Source: Nemertoderma westbladi
Taxonomy: Eukaryota; Animalia; Xenacoelomorpha
Reading direction: 5' to 3'
Length of the DNA: 64,000 bases
Assembly: GCA_032718475.1 (NCBI GenBank)
Contig: JAUCBJ010008846.1
Location: forward strand, 1 to 64,000
This document shows positions 35,901 to 50,900 of the stretch, in pieces. Every line of letters begins with the position of its first letter. The first letter of the stretch is position 1. The notes under the pieces are model-generated. The model had not been told where the DNA came from and searched no databases. It saw only the letters and a program-made list of their open reading frames with translations. The position numbers were made by a program, and so were the translations under genes.

Positions 35901-38900
35901 ACTGTTCCTTCCTGGTGCTGTCCTTGCCCTACTCACTCCCATCCTTGACTGTTCCGTCCTGGTGCTGTCCTTGCCCTGCTCACTCCCACCCTTCACTGTT
36001 CCCTCCTGGTGCTGTCCATGCCCTTTTCCCTCCTGGTGCTGTCCTTGCCCTGCTCGCTCCCACCCTTCACTGTTCCTTCCTGGTGCTGTCCTTTCAATGC
36101 TCACTCCCACCCTTCACTGTTCCCTCCTGGTGCTGTCCTTGCCCTTTTCCCTCCTGGTGCTGTCCTTGCCCTGCTCACTCCCACCATTCACTGTTCCACC
36201 CTGGTGCTGTTCTTGCCCTGCTCACTCCCATCCTTTACTGTTCCTTCCCTGTGCTGTCCTTGCCCTGCTCACTCCCACCCTTCACTGTTCCACCCTAGTG
36301 CTGTCCTTGCCCTGCTCACTCCCACTCTTTACCTTTCCTTCCTGGTGCTGTCCTTGCCCTGCTCACTCCCATAATTGACTGTTCCGTCCTGGTGCTGTCC
36401 TTGCCCTTCTCACTCCCATCCTTCACTGTTCCGCCCTGATGCTGTCCTTGCCCTGCTCACTCCCACCCTTCACTGTTCCGTCCTGGTGCTGTCCTGGCCC
36501 TGCTTACTCCCACCCTTCACTGTTCCTTCCTGGTGCTGGCCTTGCCCTTCTCACTCCCACCCTTCACTGTTCCTTCATGGTGCTATCCTTGCCCTGATTA
36601 CTCCCACCCTTCACTGTTCCCTCCTGGTGCTGTCGTTGCCCTCCTCACTTCCATCCTTCACTGTTCCGTCCCGGTGCTGTCTTTGCCCTGCTCGCTCCCA
36701 CCCTTCACTGTTACTTCCTAGTGCTGTCCTTGCCCTGCTCACTCCCACCCTTCACTGTTCCTTCCTGGTGCTGTCCTTGCACTGCTCACTCCCACCCTTC
36801 ACTGTTCCACCCTGGTGATGTCCTTGCCCTGCTCACTCCCATCCTTCACTGTCCCGTCCCGGTGCTGTCCTTGCCCTGCTCGCTCCCACCCTTCACTGTA
36901 CCTTCCTCGTGCTGTCATTGCCCTGCTCACTCCCACCCTTCACTGTACCTTCCTCGTGCTGTCATTGCCCTGCTCACTCCCACCCTTCACTGTTCCTTCC
37001 TGGTGCTATCCTTGCACTGATCACTCCCACCCTTCACTGTTCCCTCCTGGTGCTGTCCTTGCCCTTTTCCCTCCTAGTGCTGTCCTTGCCCTGCTCACTC
37101 CCACCCTTCACTGTTCCACCCTGGTGCTGTCCATGCCCTGCTCACTCCCATCCTTCACTGTTCCGTCCCGGTGCTGTCCTTGCCCTGCTCGTTCCCACCC
37201 TTCACTGTTCCTTCCTGGTGCTGTCCTTGCCCTGCTCACTCCCACCCTTCACTGTTCCATCCCGGTGCTGTCCTTGCCCTGCTCGTTCCCACCCTTCACT
37301 GTTCCTTCCTGGTGCGGTCCTTGCCCTGCTCACTCCCATTCTTCACTGTTCCGTCCCGGTGCTGTCCTTGCCCTGCTCGCTCCCACCCTTCCCTGTTCCT
37401 TCCTGGTGCTGTCCTTGCCCTGCTCACTCCCATCCTTCACTGTTCCTTCCTGGTGCTGTCCGTGCCCTGCTCACTCCCACCCTTCACTGTTCCTTCCTGG
37501 TACTGTCCTTGCCCTGCTCACTCCCACCCTTCACTGTTCCTTCCTGGTGCTGTCCTTGCCCTACTCACTCCCATCCTTGACTGTTCCGTCCTGGTGCTGT
37601 CCTTGCCCTGCTCACTCCCACCCTTCACTGTTCCCTCCTGGTGCTGTCCATGCCCTTTTCCCTCCTGGTGCTGTCCTTGCCCTGCTCGCTCCCACCCTTC
37701 ACTGTTCCTTCCTGGTGCTGTCCTTTCAATGCTCACTCCCACCCTTCACTGTTCCCTCCTGGTGCTGTCCTTGCCCTTTTCCCTCCTGGTGCTGTCCTTG
37801 CCCTGCTCACTCCCACCATTCACTGTTCCACCCTGGTGCTGTTCTTGCCCTGCTCACTCCCATCCTTTACTGTTCCTTCCCTGTGCTGTCCTTGCCCTGC
37901 TCACTCCCACCCTTCACTGTTCCACCCTAGTGCTGTCCTTGCCCTGCTCACTCCCACTCTTTACCTTTCCTTCCTGGTGCTGTCCTTGCCCTGCTCACTC
38001 CCATAATTGACTGTTCCGTCCTGGTGCTGTCCTTGCCCTTCTCACTCCCATCCTTCACTGTTCCGCCCTGATGCTGTCCTTGCCCTGCTCAATCCCACCC
38101 TTCACTGTTCCGTCCTGGTGCTGTCCTGGCCCTGCTTACTCCCACCCTTCACTGTTCCTTCCTGGTGCTGGCCTTGCCCTTCTCACTCCCACCCTTCACT
38201 CTTCCTTCCTGGTGCTGTCCTTGCCCTGCTCACTCCCACCCTTTACTGTTCCCTCATGGTGCTGTCCTTGCCCTGTTCACTCCCACCCTTTACTGTTCCC
38301 TCATGGTGCTGTCCTTGCCCTGCTCACTCCTACACTTCACTGTCCCCTCCTGATGATGTCCTTGCCCTGCTCAATCCCACCCTTTACTGTTCCCTCATGG
38401 TGCTTTCCTTGCCCTGCTCACTCCCACCCTTCACTGTTCCTTCCTGGTGCTGTCCTTGCCCTGCTTACTCCCACCCTTCACTATCCCCTCCTGGTGCTGT
38501 CCTTGCCCTGCTCGCTCCCACCCTTTACTGTTCCTTCCTGGTGCTGTCCATGCCCTGCTCACTCCCATCCTTCACTGTTCCGTCCTGGTGCTGTCCTTGC
38601 CCTGTTCACTCCCACCCTTCACTGTTCCGTCCTGGTGCTGTCCTTGCCCTGCTCACCCCCACCCTCCACGGTTCCTTCCTGGTGATGTCCTTGCCCTACT
38701 CACTCCCATTCTCCATTGTTCCCTCATGGTACTGTCCTTGCCCTGCTCACTCCCACTCTTCACTGTGCCTTCCTGGTGCTGTCCTTGCCCTGCTCAATCC
38801 CACCCTTCACTGTTCCTTCCCGGTGCTGTCCTTGCCCTGCTCACTCCCATCCTTGACTATTCCGTCCTGGTGCTGTCCTTGCCCTGCCCACTCCCACCTT

Positions 38901-41900
38901 TACCAATCCTTAACTGTTCCGTCCTGGTGCTGTCCTTGCCCTGCTCACTCCCACCCTTCACTGTTCCTTCCTGGTGCTGTCCTTGCCCTGCTCACTCCCA
39001 TTCTCCATTGTTCCCTCATGGTGCTGTCCTTGCCCTGCTCACTCCCACCCTTCACTGTTCCTTCCTGGTGCTGTCCATGCCCTGCTCACTCCCACACTTC
39101 ACGGTTCCTTCCTGGTGATGTCCTTGCCCTGCTCACTCCCATTCTCCATTGTTCCTTCCTGGTGCTGTCCTTGCCCTGCTCAATCCCACCCTTCACTGTT
39201 CCGTCCTGGTGCTGTCCTGGCCCTGCTTACTCCCACCCTTCACTGTTCCTTCCTGGTGCTGGCCTTGCCCTTCTCACTCCCACCCTTCACTCTTCCTTCC
39301 TGGTGCTGTCCTTGCCCTGCTCACTCCCACCCTTTACTGTTCCCTCATGGTGCTGTCCTTGCCCTGTTCACTCCCACCCTTTACTGTTCCCTCATGGTGC
39401 TGTCCTTGCCCTGCTCACTCCCACACTTCACTGTCCCCTCCTGATGATGTCCTTGCCCTGCTCAATCCCACCCTTTACTGTTCCCTCCTGGTGCTATCCT
39501 TGCCCTGCTCACTCCCACCCTTTACTGTTCCCTCATGGTGCTGTCCTTTCCCTGCTCACTCCCACCCTTCACTGTTCCCTCCTGGTGATGTCCTTGCCCT
39601 GCTCACTCCCACCCTTTACTGTTCCCTCATGGTGCTTTCCTTGCCCTGCTCACTCCCACCCTTCACTGTTCCTTCCTGGTGCTGTCCTTGCCCTGCTTAC
39701 TCCCACCCTTCACTATCCCCTCCTGGTGCTGTCCTTGCCCTGCTCGCTCCCACCCTTTACTGTTCCTTCCTGGTGCTGTCCATGCCCTGCTCACTCCCAT
39801 CCTTCACTGTTCCGTCCTGGTGCTGTCCTTGCCCTGTTCACTCCCACCCTTCACTGTTCCGTCCTGGTGCTGTCCTTGCCCTGCTCACCCCCACCCTCCA
39901 CGGTTCCTTCCTGGTGATGTCCTTGCCCTACTCACTCCCATTCTCCATTGTTCCCTCATGGTACTGTCCTTGCCCTGCTCACTCCCACTCTTCACTGTGC
40001 CTTCCTGGTGCTGTCCTTGCCCTGCTCAATCCCACCCTTCACTGTTCCTTCCCGGTGCTGTCCTTGCCCTGCTCACTCCCATCCTTGACTATTCCGTCCT
40101 GGTGCTGTCCTTGCCCTGCCCACTCCCACCTTTACCCATCCTTAACTGTTCCGTCCTGGTGCTGTCCTTGCCCTGCTCACTCCCATCCTTCACTGTTCCG
40201 CCCTGATGCTGTCCTTGCCCTGCTCACTCCCATCCTTCACTGTTCCGTCCTGGTGCTGTCATTGCCCTGCACTCTCCCATCCTTCACTGTTCCGTCCTGG
40301 TGCTGTCCTTGCCCTGTTCACTCCCACCCTTCACTGTTTCGTCCTGGTGCTGTCCTTGCCCAGCTCACTCCCACCCTTCACTGATCCTTCCTGGTGCTGT
40401 CCTTGCCCTACTCACTCCCATTCTCCATTGTTCCCTCATGGTGCTGTCCTTGCCCTGCTCACTCCCACACTTCACTGTTCCTTCCTGGTGCTGTCCTTGC
40501 CCTGCTCAATCCCACCCTTCACTGTTCCGTCCTGGTGCTGTCCTTGACCTGCTTACTCCCACCCTTCACTGTTCCTTCCTGGTGCTGGCCTTGCCCTTCT
40601 CACTCCCACTCTTCACTCTTCCTTCCCGGTGCTGTCCTTGCTCTGCTAACTCCCATCATTGACTGTTCCATCCTGGTGCTGTCCTTGCCCTGCTCACTCC
40701 CACCCTTCACTGTTCCTTCCTAGTGCTGTCCTTGCCCTGCTCACTCCCACCCTTCACTGTTCCTTCCCTGTGCTGTCCTTGCCCTGCTCACTCCCACCCT
40801 TTACTGTTCCCTCATGGTGCTGTCCTTGCCCTGCTCACTCCCACCCTTCACTGTTCGGTCCTGGTGCTGTCCTTGCCCTGCTTACTCCCACCCTTCACTG
40901 TTCCTTCCTGGTGCTGTCCTTGCCCTGCTCACTCCCACCCTTCACTGTTCCTTCCTGGTGCTATCCTTGCCCTGATTACTCCCACCCTTCACTGTTCCCT
41001 CCTGGTGCTGTCGTTGCCCTCCTCACTTCCATCCTTCACTGTTCCGTCCCGGTGCTGTCTTTGCCCTGCTCGCTCCCACCTTTCACTGTTACTTCCTAGT
41101 GCTGTCCTTGCCCTGCTCACTCCCACCCTTCACTGTTCCTTCCTGGTGCTGTCCTTGCACTGCTCACTCCCACCCTTCACTGTTCCACCCTGGTGATGTC
41201 CTTGCCCTGCTCACTCCCATCCTTCACTGTCCCGTCCCGGTGCTGTCCTTGCCCTGCTCGCTCCCACCCTTCACTGTACCTTCCTCGTGCTGTCATTGCC
41301 CTGCTCACTCCCACCCTTCACTGTACCTTCCTCGTGCTGTCATTGCCCTGCTCACTCCCACCCTTCACTGTTCCTTCCTGGTGCTATCCTTGCACTGATC
41401 ACTCCCACCCTTCACTGTTCCCTCCTGGTGCTGTCCTTGCCCTTTTCCCTCCTAGTGCTGTCCTTGCCCTGCTCACTCCCACCCTTCACTGTTCCACCCT
41501 GGTGCTGTCCATGCCCTGCTCACTCCCATCCTTCACTGTTCCGTCCCGGTGCTGTCCTTGCCCTGCTCGTTCCCACCCTTCACTGTTCCTTCCTGGTGCT
41601 GTCCTTGCCCTGCTCACTCCCACCCTTCACTGTTCCATCCCGGTGCTGTCCTTGCCCTGCTCGTTCCCACCCTTCACTGTTCCTTCCTGGTGCGGTCCTT
41701 GCCCTGCTCACTCCCATTCTTCACTGTTCCGTCCCGGTGCTGTCCTTGCCCTGCTCGCTCCCACCCTTCCCTGTTCCTTCCTGGTGCTGTCCTTGCCCTG
41801 CTCACTCCCATCCTTCACTGTTCCTTCCTGGTGCTGTCCGTGCCCTGCTCACTCCCACCCTTCACTGTTCCTTCCTGGTACTGTCCTTGCCCTGCTCACT

Positions 41901-44900
41901 CCCACCCTTCACTGTTCCTTCCTGGTGCTGTCCTTGCCCTACTCACTCCCATCCTTGACTGTTCCGTCCTGGTGCTGTCCTTGCCCTGCTCACTCCCACC
42001 CTTCACTGTTCCCTCCTGGTGCTGTCCATGCCCTTTTCCCTCCTGGTGCTGTCCTTGCCCTGCTCGCTCCCACCCTTCACTGTTCCTTCCTGGTGCTGTC
42101 CTTTCAATGCTCACTCCCACCCTTCACTGTTCCCTCCTGGTGCTGTCCTTGCCCTTTTCCCTCCTGGTGCTGTCCTTGCCCTGCTCACTCCCACCATTCA
42201 CTGTTCCTTCCTGGTGCTGTCCTTGCCCTGCTCACTCCCATCCTTTACTGTTCCTTCCCTGTGCTGTCCTTGCCCTGCTCACTCCCACCCTTCACTGTTC
42301 CACCCTAGTGCTGTCCTTGCCCTGCTCACTCCCACTCTTTACCTTTCCTTCCTGGTGCTGTCCTTGCCCTGCTCACTCCCATAATTGACTGTTCCGTCCT
42401 GGTGCTGTCCTTGCCCTTCTCACTCCCATCCTTCACTGTTCCGCCCTGATGCTGTCCTTGCCCTGCTCAATCCCACCCTTCACTGTTCCGTCCTGGTGCT
42501 GTCCTGGCCCTGCTTACTCCCACCCTTCACTGTTCCTTCCTGGTGCTGGCCTTGCCCTTCTCACTCCCACCCTTCACTCTTCCTTCCTGGTGCTGTCCTT
42601 GCCCTGCTCACTCCCACCCTTTACTGTTCCCTCATGGTGCTGTCCTTGCCCTGTTCACTCCCACCCTTTACTGTTCCCTCATGGTGCTGTCCTTGCCCTG
42701 CTCACTCCTACACTTCACTGTCCCCTCCTGATGATGTCCTTGCCCTGCTCAATCCCACCCTTTACTGTTCCCTCCTGGTGCTATCCTTGCCCTGCTCACT
42801 CCCACCCTTTACTGTTCCCTCATGGTGCTGTCCTTTCCCTGCTCACTCCCACCCTTCACTGTTCCCTCCTGGTGATGTCCTTGCCCTGCTCACTCCCACC
42901 CTTTACTGTTCCCTCATGGTGCTTTCCTTGCCCTGCTCACTCCCACCCTTCACTGTTCCTTCCTGGTGCTGTCCTTGCCCTGCTTACTCCCACCCTTCAC
43001 TATCCCCTCCTGGTGCTGTCCTTGCCCTGCTCGCTCCCACCCTTTACTGTTCCTTCCTGGTGCTGTCCATGCCCTGCTCACTCCCATCCTTCACTGTTCC
43101 GTCCTGGTGCTGTCCTTGCCCTGTTCACTCCCACCCTTCACTGTTCCGTCCTGGTGCTGTCCTTGCCCTGCTCACCCCCACCCTCCACGGTTCCTTCCTG
43201 GTGATGTCCTTGCCCTACTCACTCCCATTCTCCATTGTTCCCTCATGGTACTGTCCTTGCCCTGCTCACTCCCACTCTTCACTGTGCCTTCCTGGTGCTG
43301 TCCTTGCCCTGCTCAATCCCACCCTTCACTGTTCCTTCCCGGTGCTGTCCTTGCCCTGCTCACTCCCATCCTTGACTATTCCGTCCTGGTGCTGTCCTTG
43401 CCCTGCCCACTCCCACCTTTACCCATCCTTAACTGTTCCGTCCTGGTGCTGTCCTTGCCCTGCTCACTCCCATCCTTCACTGTTCCGCCCTGATGCTGTC
43501 CTTGCCCTGCTCACTCCCATCCTTCACTGTTCCGTCCTGGTGCTGTCATTGCCCTGCACTCTCCCATCCTTCACTGTTCCGTCCTGGTGCTGTCCTTGCC
43601 CTGTTCACTCCCACCCTTCACTGTTTCGTCCTGGTGCTGTCCTTGCCCAGCTCACTCCCACCCTTCGCTGATCCTTCCTGGTGCTGTCCTTGCCCTGCAC
43701 TCTCCCATCCTTCACTGTTCCGTCCTGGTGCTGTCCTTGCCCTGTTCACTCCCACCCTTCACTGTTTCGTCCTGGTGCTGTCCTTGCCCAGCTCACTCCC
43801 ACCCTTCGCTGATCCTTCCTGGTGCTGTCCTTGCCCTGCTCACTCCCACCCTTCACTGTTTCGTCCTGGTGCTGTCCTTGCCCAGCTCACTCCCACCCTT
43901 CGCTGATCCTTCCTGGTGCTGTCCTTGCCATTTTCCCTCCTGGTGCTGTCCTTGCCCTGATCACTCCCACCCTTCACTGTTCCTTCCCGGTGCTGTCCTT
44001 GCCCTACTCACTCCCACACTTCACTGTTCCTTCCCTGTGCTGTCCTTGCCCTACTCACTCCTATTCTCCATTGTTCCCTCATGGTGCTGTCCTTGCCCTG
44101 CTCAATCCCACCCTTCACTGTTCCGTCCTGGTGCTGTCCTTGACCTGCTTACTCCCACCCTTCACTGTTCCTTCCTGGTGCTGGCCTTGCCCTTCTCACT
44201 CCCACCCTTCACTCTTCCTTCCCGGTGCTGTCCTTGCTCTGCTAACTCCCATCATTGACTGTTCCATCCTGGTGCTGTCCTTGCCCTGCTCACTCCCACC
44301 CTTCACTGTTCCTTCCTAGTGCTGTCCTTGCCCTGCTCACTCCCACCCTTCACTGTTCCTTCCCTGTGCTGTCCTTGCCCTGCTCACTCCCACCCTTTAC
44401 TGTTCCCTCATGGTGCTGTCCTTGCCCTGCTCACTCCCACCCTTCACTGTTCGGTCCTGGTGCTGTCCTTGCCCTGCTTACTCCCACCCTTCACTGTTCC
44501 TTCCTGGTGCTGTCCTTGCCCTGCTCACTCCCACCCTTCACTGTTCCTTCCTGGTGCTATCCTTGCCCTGATTACTCCCACCCTTCACTGTTCCCTCCTG
44601 GTTCTGTCGTTGCCCTCCTCACTTCCATCCTTCACTGTTCCGTCCCGGTGCTGTCTTTGCCCTGCTCGCTCCCACCCTTCACTGTTACTTCCTAGTGCTG
44701 TCCTTGCCCTGCTCACTCCCACCCTTCACTGTTCCTTCCTGGTGCTGTCCTTGCACTGCTCACTCCCACCCTTCACTGTTCCACCCTGGTGATGTCCTTG
44801 CCCTGCTCACTCCCATCCTTCACTGTCCCGTCCCGGTGCTGTCCTTGCCCTGCTCGCTCCCACCCTTCACTGTACCTTCCTCGTGCTGTCATTGCCCTGC

Positions 44901-47900
44901 TCACTCCCACCCTTCACTGTACCTTCCTCGTGCTGTCATTGCCCTGCTCACTCCCACCCTTCACTGTTCCTTCCTGGTGCTATCCTTGCACTGATCACTC
45001 CCACCCTTCACTGTTCCCTCCTGGTGCTGTCCTTGCCCTTTTCCCTCCTAGTGCTGTCCTTGCCCTGCTCACTCCCACCCTTCACTGTTCCACCCTGGTG
45101 CTGTCCATGCCCTGCTCACTCCCATCCTTCACTGTTCCGTCCCGGTGCTGTCCTTGCCCTGCTCGTTCCCACCCTTCACTGTTCCTTCCTGGTGCTGTCC
45201 TTGCCCTGCTCACTCCCAAACCTTCACTGTTCCGTCCCGGTGCTGTCCTTGCCCTGCTCGTTCCCTCCCTTCACTGTTCCTTCCTGGTGCGGTCCTTGCC
45301 CTGCTCACTCCCACCCTTCACTGTTCCTTCCTGGTGCTGTCCTTGCCCTGCTCGCTCCCACCCTTCCCTGTTCCTTCCTGGTGCTGTCCTTGCCCTGCTC
45401 ACTCCCATCCTTCACTGTTCCTTCCTGGTGCTGTCCGTGCCCTGCTCACTCCCACCCTTCACTGTTCCTTCCTGGTACTGTCCTTGCCCTGCTCACTCCC
45501 ACCCTTCACTGTTCCTTCCTGGTGCTGTCCTTGCCCTACTCACTCCCATCCTTGACTGTTCCGTCCTGGTGCTGTCCTTGCCCTGCTCACTCCCACCCTT
45601 CACTGTTCCCTCCTGGTGCTGTCCATGCCCTTTTCCCTCCTGGTGCTGTCCTTGCCCTGCTCGCTCCCACCCTTCACTGTTCCTTCCTGGTGCTGTCCTT
45701 TCAATGCTCACTCCCACCCTTCACTGTTCCCCCCTGGTGCTGTCCTTGCCCTTTTCCCTCCTGGTGCTGTCCTTGCCCTGCTCACTCCCACCATTCACTG
45801 TTCCACCCTGGTGCTGTTCTTGCCCTGCTCACTCCCATCCTTTACTGTTCCTTCCCTGTGCTGTCCTTGCCCTGCTCACTCCCACCCTTCACTGTTCCAC
45901 CCTAGTGCTGTCCTTGCCCTTCTCACTCCCACTCTTTACCTTTCCTTCCTGGTGCTGTCCTTGCCCTGCTCACTCCCATAATTGACTGTTCCGTCCTGGT
46001 GCTGTCCTTGCCCTCCTCACGCCCACCCTTCACTGTTCCTTCCTGATGCTGTCCTTTCCCTGCTCACTCCCATCCTTCACTGTTCCGTCCTGATGCTGTC
46101 CTTGACCTGCTTACTCCCACCCTTCACTGTTCCTTCCTGGTGGGTCATTGCCCTGCTCACTCCCACCCTTCACTGTACCTTCCTCGTGCTGTCATTGCCC
46201 TGCTCACTCCCACCCTTCACTGTTCCTTCCTGGTGCTATCCTTGCACTGATCACTCCCACCCTTCACTGTTCCCTCCTGGTGCTGTCCTTGCCCTTTTCC
46301 CTCCTAGTGCTGTCCTTGCCCTGCTCACTCCCACCCTTCACTGTTCCACCCTGGTGCTGTCCATGCCCTGCTCACTCCCATCCTTCACTGTTCCGTCCCG
46401 GTGCTGTCCTTGCCCTGCTCGTTCCCACCCTTCACTGTTCCTTCCTGGTGCTGTCCTTGCCCTGCTCACTCCCACCCTTCACTGTTCCATCCCGGTGCTG
46501 TCCTTGCCCTGCTCGTTCCCACCCTTCACTGTTCCTTCCTGGTGCGGTCCTTGCCCTGCTCACTCCCATTCTTCACTGTTCCGTCCCGGTGCTGTCCTTG
46601 CCCTGCTCGCTCCCACCCTTCCCTGTTCCTTCCTGGTGCTGTCCTTGCCCTGCTCACTCCCATCCTTCACTGTTCCTTCCTGGTGCTGTCCGTGCCCTGC
46701 TCACTCCCACCCTTCACTGTTCCTTCCTGGTACTGTCCTTGCCCTGCTCACTCCCACCCTTCACTGTTCCTTCCTGGTGCTGTCCTTGCCCTACTCACTC
46801 CCATCCTTGACTGTTCCGTCCTGGTGCTGTCCTTGCCCTGCTCACTCCCACCCTTCACTGTTCCCTCCTGGTGCTGTCCATGCCCTTTTCCCTCCTGGTG
46901 CTGTCCTTGCCCTGCTCGCTCCCACCCTTCACTGTTCCTTCCTGGTGCTGTCCTTTCAATGCTCACTCCCACCCTTCACTGTTCCCTCCTGGTGCTGTCC
47001 TTGCCCTTTTCCCTCCTGGTGCTGTCCTTGCCCTGCTCACTCCCACCATTCACTGTTCCTTCCTGGTGCTGTCCTTGCCCTGCTCACTCCCATCCTTTAC
47101 TGTTCCTTCCCTGTGCTGTCCTTGCCCTGCTCACTCCCACCCTTCACTGTTCCACCCTAGTGCTGTCCTTGCCCTGCTCACTCCCACTCTTTACCTTTCC
47201 TTCCTGGTGCTGTCCTTGCCCTGCTCACTCCCATAATTGACTGTTCCGTCCTGGTGCTGTCCTTGCCCTTCTCACTCCCATCCTTCACTGTTCCGCCCTG
47301 ATGCTGTCCTTGCCCTGCTCAATCCCACCCTTCACTGTTCCGTCCTGGTGCTGTCCTGGCCCTGCTTACTCCCACCCTTCACTGTTCCTTCCTGGTGCTG
47401 GCCTTGCCCTTCTCACTCCCACCCTTCACTCTTCCTTCCTGGTGCTGTCCTTGCCCTGCTCACTCCCACCCTTTACTGTTCCCTCATGGTGCTGTCCTTG
47501 CCCTGTTCACTCCCACCCTTTACTGTTCCCTCATGGTGCTGTCCTTGCCCTGCTCACTCCTACACTTCACTGTCCCCTCCTGATGATGTCCTTGCCCTGC
47601 TCAATCCCACCCTTTACTGTTCCCTCCTGGTGCTATCCTTGCCCTGCTCACTCCCACCCTTTACTGTTCCCTCATGGTGCTGTCCTTTCCCTGCTCACTC
47701 CCACCCTTCACTGTTCCCTCCTGGTGATGTCCTTGCCCTGCTCACTCCCACCCTTTACTGTTCCCTCATGGTGCTTTCCTTGCCCTGCTCACTCCCACCC
47801 TTCACTGTTCCTTCCTGGTGCTGTCCTTGCCCTGCTTACTCCCACCCTTCACTATCCCCTCCTGGTGCTGTCCTTGCCCTGCTCGCTCCCACCCTTTACT

Positions 47901-50900
47901 GTTCCTTCCTGGTGCTGTCCATGCCCTGCTCACTCCCATCCTTCACTGTTCCGTCCTGGTGCTGTCCTTGCCCTGTTCACTCCCACCCTTCACTGTTCCG
48001 TCCTGGTGCTGTCCTTGCCCTGCTCACCCCCACCCTCCACGGTTCCTTCCTGGTGATGTCCTTGCCCTACTCACTCCCATTCTCCATTGTTCCCTCATGG
48101 TACTGTCCTTGCCCTGCTCACTCCCACTCTTCACTGTGCCTTCCTGGTGCTGTCCTTGCCCTGCTCAATCCCACCCTTCACTGTTCCTTCCCGGTGCTGT
48201 CCTTGCCCTGCTCACTCCCATCCTTGACTATTCCGTCCTGGTGCTGTCCTTGCCCTGCCCACTCCCACCTTTACCCATCCTTAACTGTTCCGTCCTGGTG
48301 CTGTCCTTGCCCTGCTCACTCCCATCCTTCACTGTTCCGCCCTGATGCTGTCCTTGCCCTGCTCACTCCCATCCTTCACTGTTCCGTCCTGGTGCTGTCA
48401 TTGCCCTGCACTCTCCCATCCTTCACTGTTCCGTCCTGGTGCTGTCCTTGCCCTGTTCACTCCCACCCTTCACTGTTTCGTCCTGGTGCTGTCCTTGCCC
48501 AGCTCACTCCCACCCTTCGCTGATCCTTCCTGGTGCTGTCCTTGCCCTGCACTCTCCCATCCTTCACTGTTCCGTCCTGGTGCTGTCCTTGCCCTGTTCA
48601 CTCCCACCCTTCACTGTTTCGTCCTGGTGCTGTCCTTGCCCAGCTCACTCCCACCCTTCGCTGATCCTTCCTGGTGCTGTCCTTGCCCTGCTCACTCCCA
48701 CCCTTCACTGTTTCGTCCTGGTGCTGTCCTTGCCCAGCTCACTCCCACCCTTCGCTGATCCTTCCTGGTGCTGTCCTTGCCATTTTCCCTCCTGGTGCTG
48801 TCCTTGCCCTGATCACTCCCACCCTTCACTGTTCCTTCCCGGTGCTGTCCTTGCCCTACTCACTCCCACACTTCACTGTTCCTTCCCTGTGCTGTCCTTG
48901 CCCTACTCACTCCTATTCTCCATTGTTCCCTCATGGTGCTGTCCTTGCCCTGCTCAATCCCACCCTTCACTGTTCCGTCCTGGTGCTGTCCTTGACCTGC
49001 TTACTCCCACCCTTCACTGTTCCTTCCTGGTGCTGGCCTTGCCCTTCTCACTCCCACCCTTCACTCTTCCTTCCCGGTGCTGTCCTTGCTCTGCTAACTC
49101 CCATCATTGACTGTTCCATCCTGGTGCTGTCCTTGCCCTGCTCACTCCCACCCTTCACTGTTCCTTCCTAGTGCTGTCCTTGCCCTGCTCACTCCCACCC
49201 TTCACTGTTCCTTCCCTGTGCTGTCCTTGCCCTGCTCACTCCCACCCTTTACTGTTCCCTCATGGTGCTGTCCTTGCCCTGCTCACTCCCACCCTTCACT
49301 GTTCGGTCCTGGTGCTGTCCTTGCCCTGCTTACTCCCACCCTTCACTGTTCCTTCCTGGTGCTGTCCTTGCCCTGCTCACTCCCACCCTTCACTGTTCCT
49401 TCCTGGTGCTATCCTTGCCCTGATTACTCCCACCCTTCACTGTTCCCTCCTGGTTCTGTCGTTGCCCTCCTCACTTCCATCCTTCACTGTTCCGTCCCGG
49501 TGCTGTCTTTGCCCTGCTCGCTCCCACCCTTCACTGTTACTTCCTAGTGCTGTCCTTGCCCTGCTCACTCCCACCCTTCACTGTTCCTTCCTGGTGCTGT
49601 CCTTGCACTGCTCACTCCCACCCTTCACTGTTCCACCCTGGTGATGTCCTTGCCCTGCTCACTCCCATCCTTCACTGTCCCGTCCCGGTGCTGTCCTTGC
49701 CCTGCTCGCTCCCACCCTTCACTGTACCTTCCTCGTGCTGTCATTGCCCTGCTCACTCCCACCCTTCACTGTACCTTCCTCGTGCTGTCATTGCCCTGCT
49801 CACTCCCACCCTTCACTGTTCCTTCCTGGTGCTATCCTTGCACTGATCACTCCCACCCTTCACTGTTCCCTCCTGGTGCTGTCCTTGCCCTTTTCCCTCC
49901 TAGTGCTGTCCTTGCCCTGCTCACTCCCACCCTTCACTGTTCCACCCTGGTGCTGTCCATGCCCTGCTCACTCCCATCCTTCACTGTTCCGTCCCGGTGC
50001 TGTCCTTGCCCTGCTCGTTCCCACCCTTCACTGTTCCTTCCTGGTGCTGTCCTTGCCCTGCTCACTCCCAAACCTTCACTGTTCCGTCCCGGTGCTGTCC
50101 TTGCCCTGCTCGTTCCCTCCCTTCACTGTTCCTTCCTGGTGCGGTCCTTGCCCTGCTCACTCCCACCCTTCACTGTTCCTTCCTGGTGCTGTCCTTGCCC
50201 TGCTCGCTCCCACCCTTCCCTGTTCCTTCCTGGTGCTGTCCTTGCCCTGCTCACTCCCATCCTTCACTGTTCCTTCCTGGTGCTGTCCGTGCCCTGCTCA
50301 CTCCCACCCTTCACTGTTCCTTCCTGGTACTGTCCTTGCCCTGCTCACTCCCACCCTTCACTGTTCCTTCCTGGTGCTGTCCTTGCCCTACTCACTCCCA
50401 TCCTTGACTGTTCCGTCCTGGTGCTGTCCTTGCCCTGCTCACTCCCACCCTTCACTGTTCCCTCCTGGTGCTGTCCATGCCCTTTTCCCTCCTGGTGCTG
50501 TCCTTGCCCTGCTCGCTCCCACCCTTCACTGTTCCTTCCTGGTGCTGTCCTTTCAATGCTCACTCCCACCCTTCACTGTTCCCCCCTGGTGCTGTCCTTG
50601 CCCTTTTCCCTCCTGGTGCTGTCCTTGCCCTGCTCACTCCCACCATTCACTGTTCCACCCTGGTGCTGTTCTTGCCCTGCTCACTCCCATCCTTTACTGT
50701 TCCTTCCCTGTGCTGTCCTTGCCCTGCTCACTCCCACCCTTCACTGTTCCACCCTAGTGCTGTCCTTGCCCTTCTCACTCCCACTCTTTACCTTTCCTTC
50801 CTGGTGCTGTCCTTGCCCTGCTCACTCCCATAATTGACTGTTCCGTCCTGGTGCTGTCCTTGCCCTCCTCACGCCCACCCTTCACTGTTCCTTCCTGATG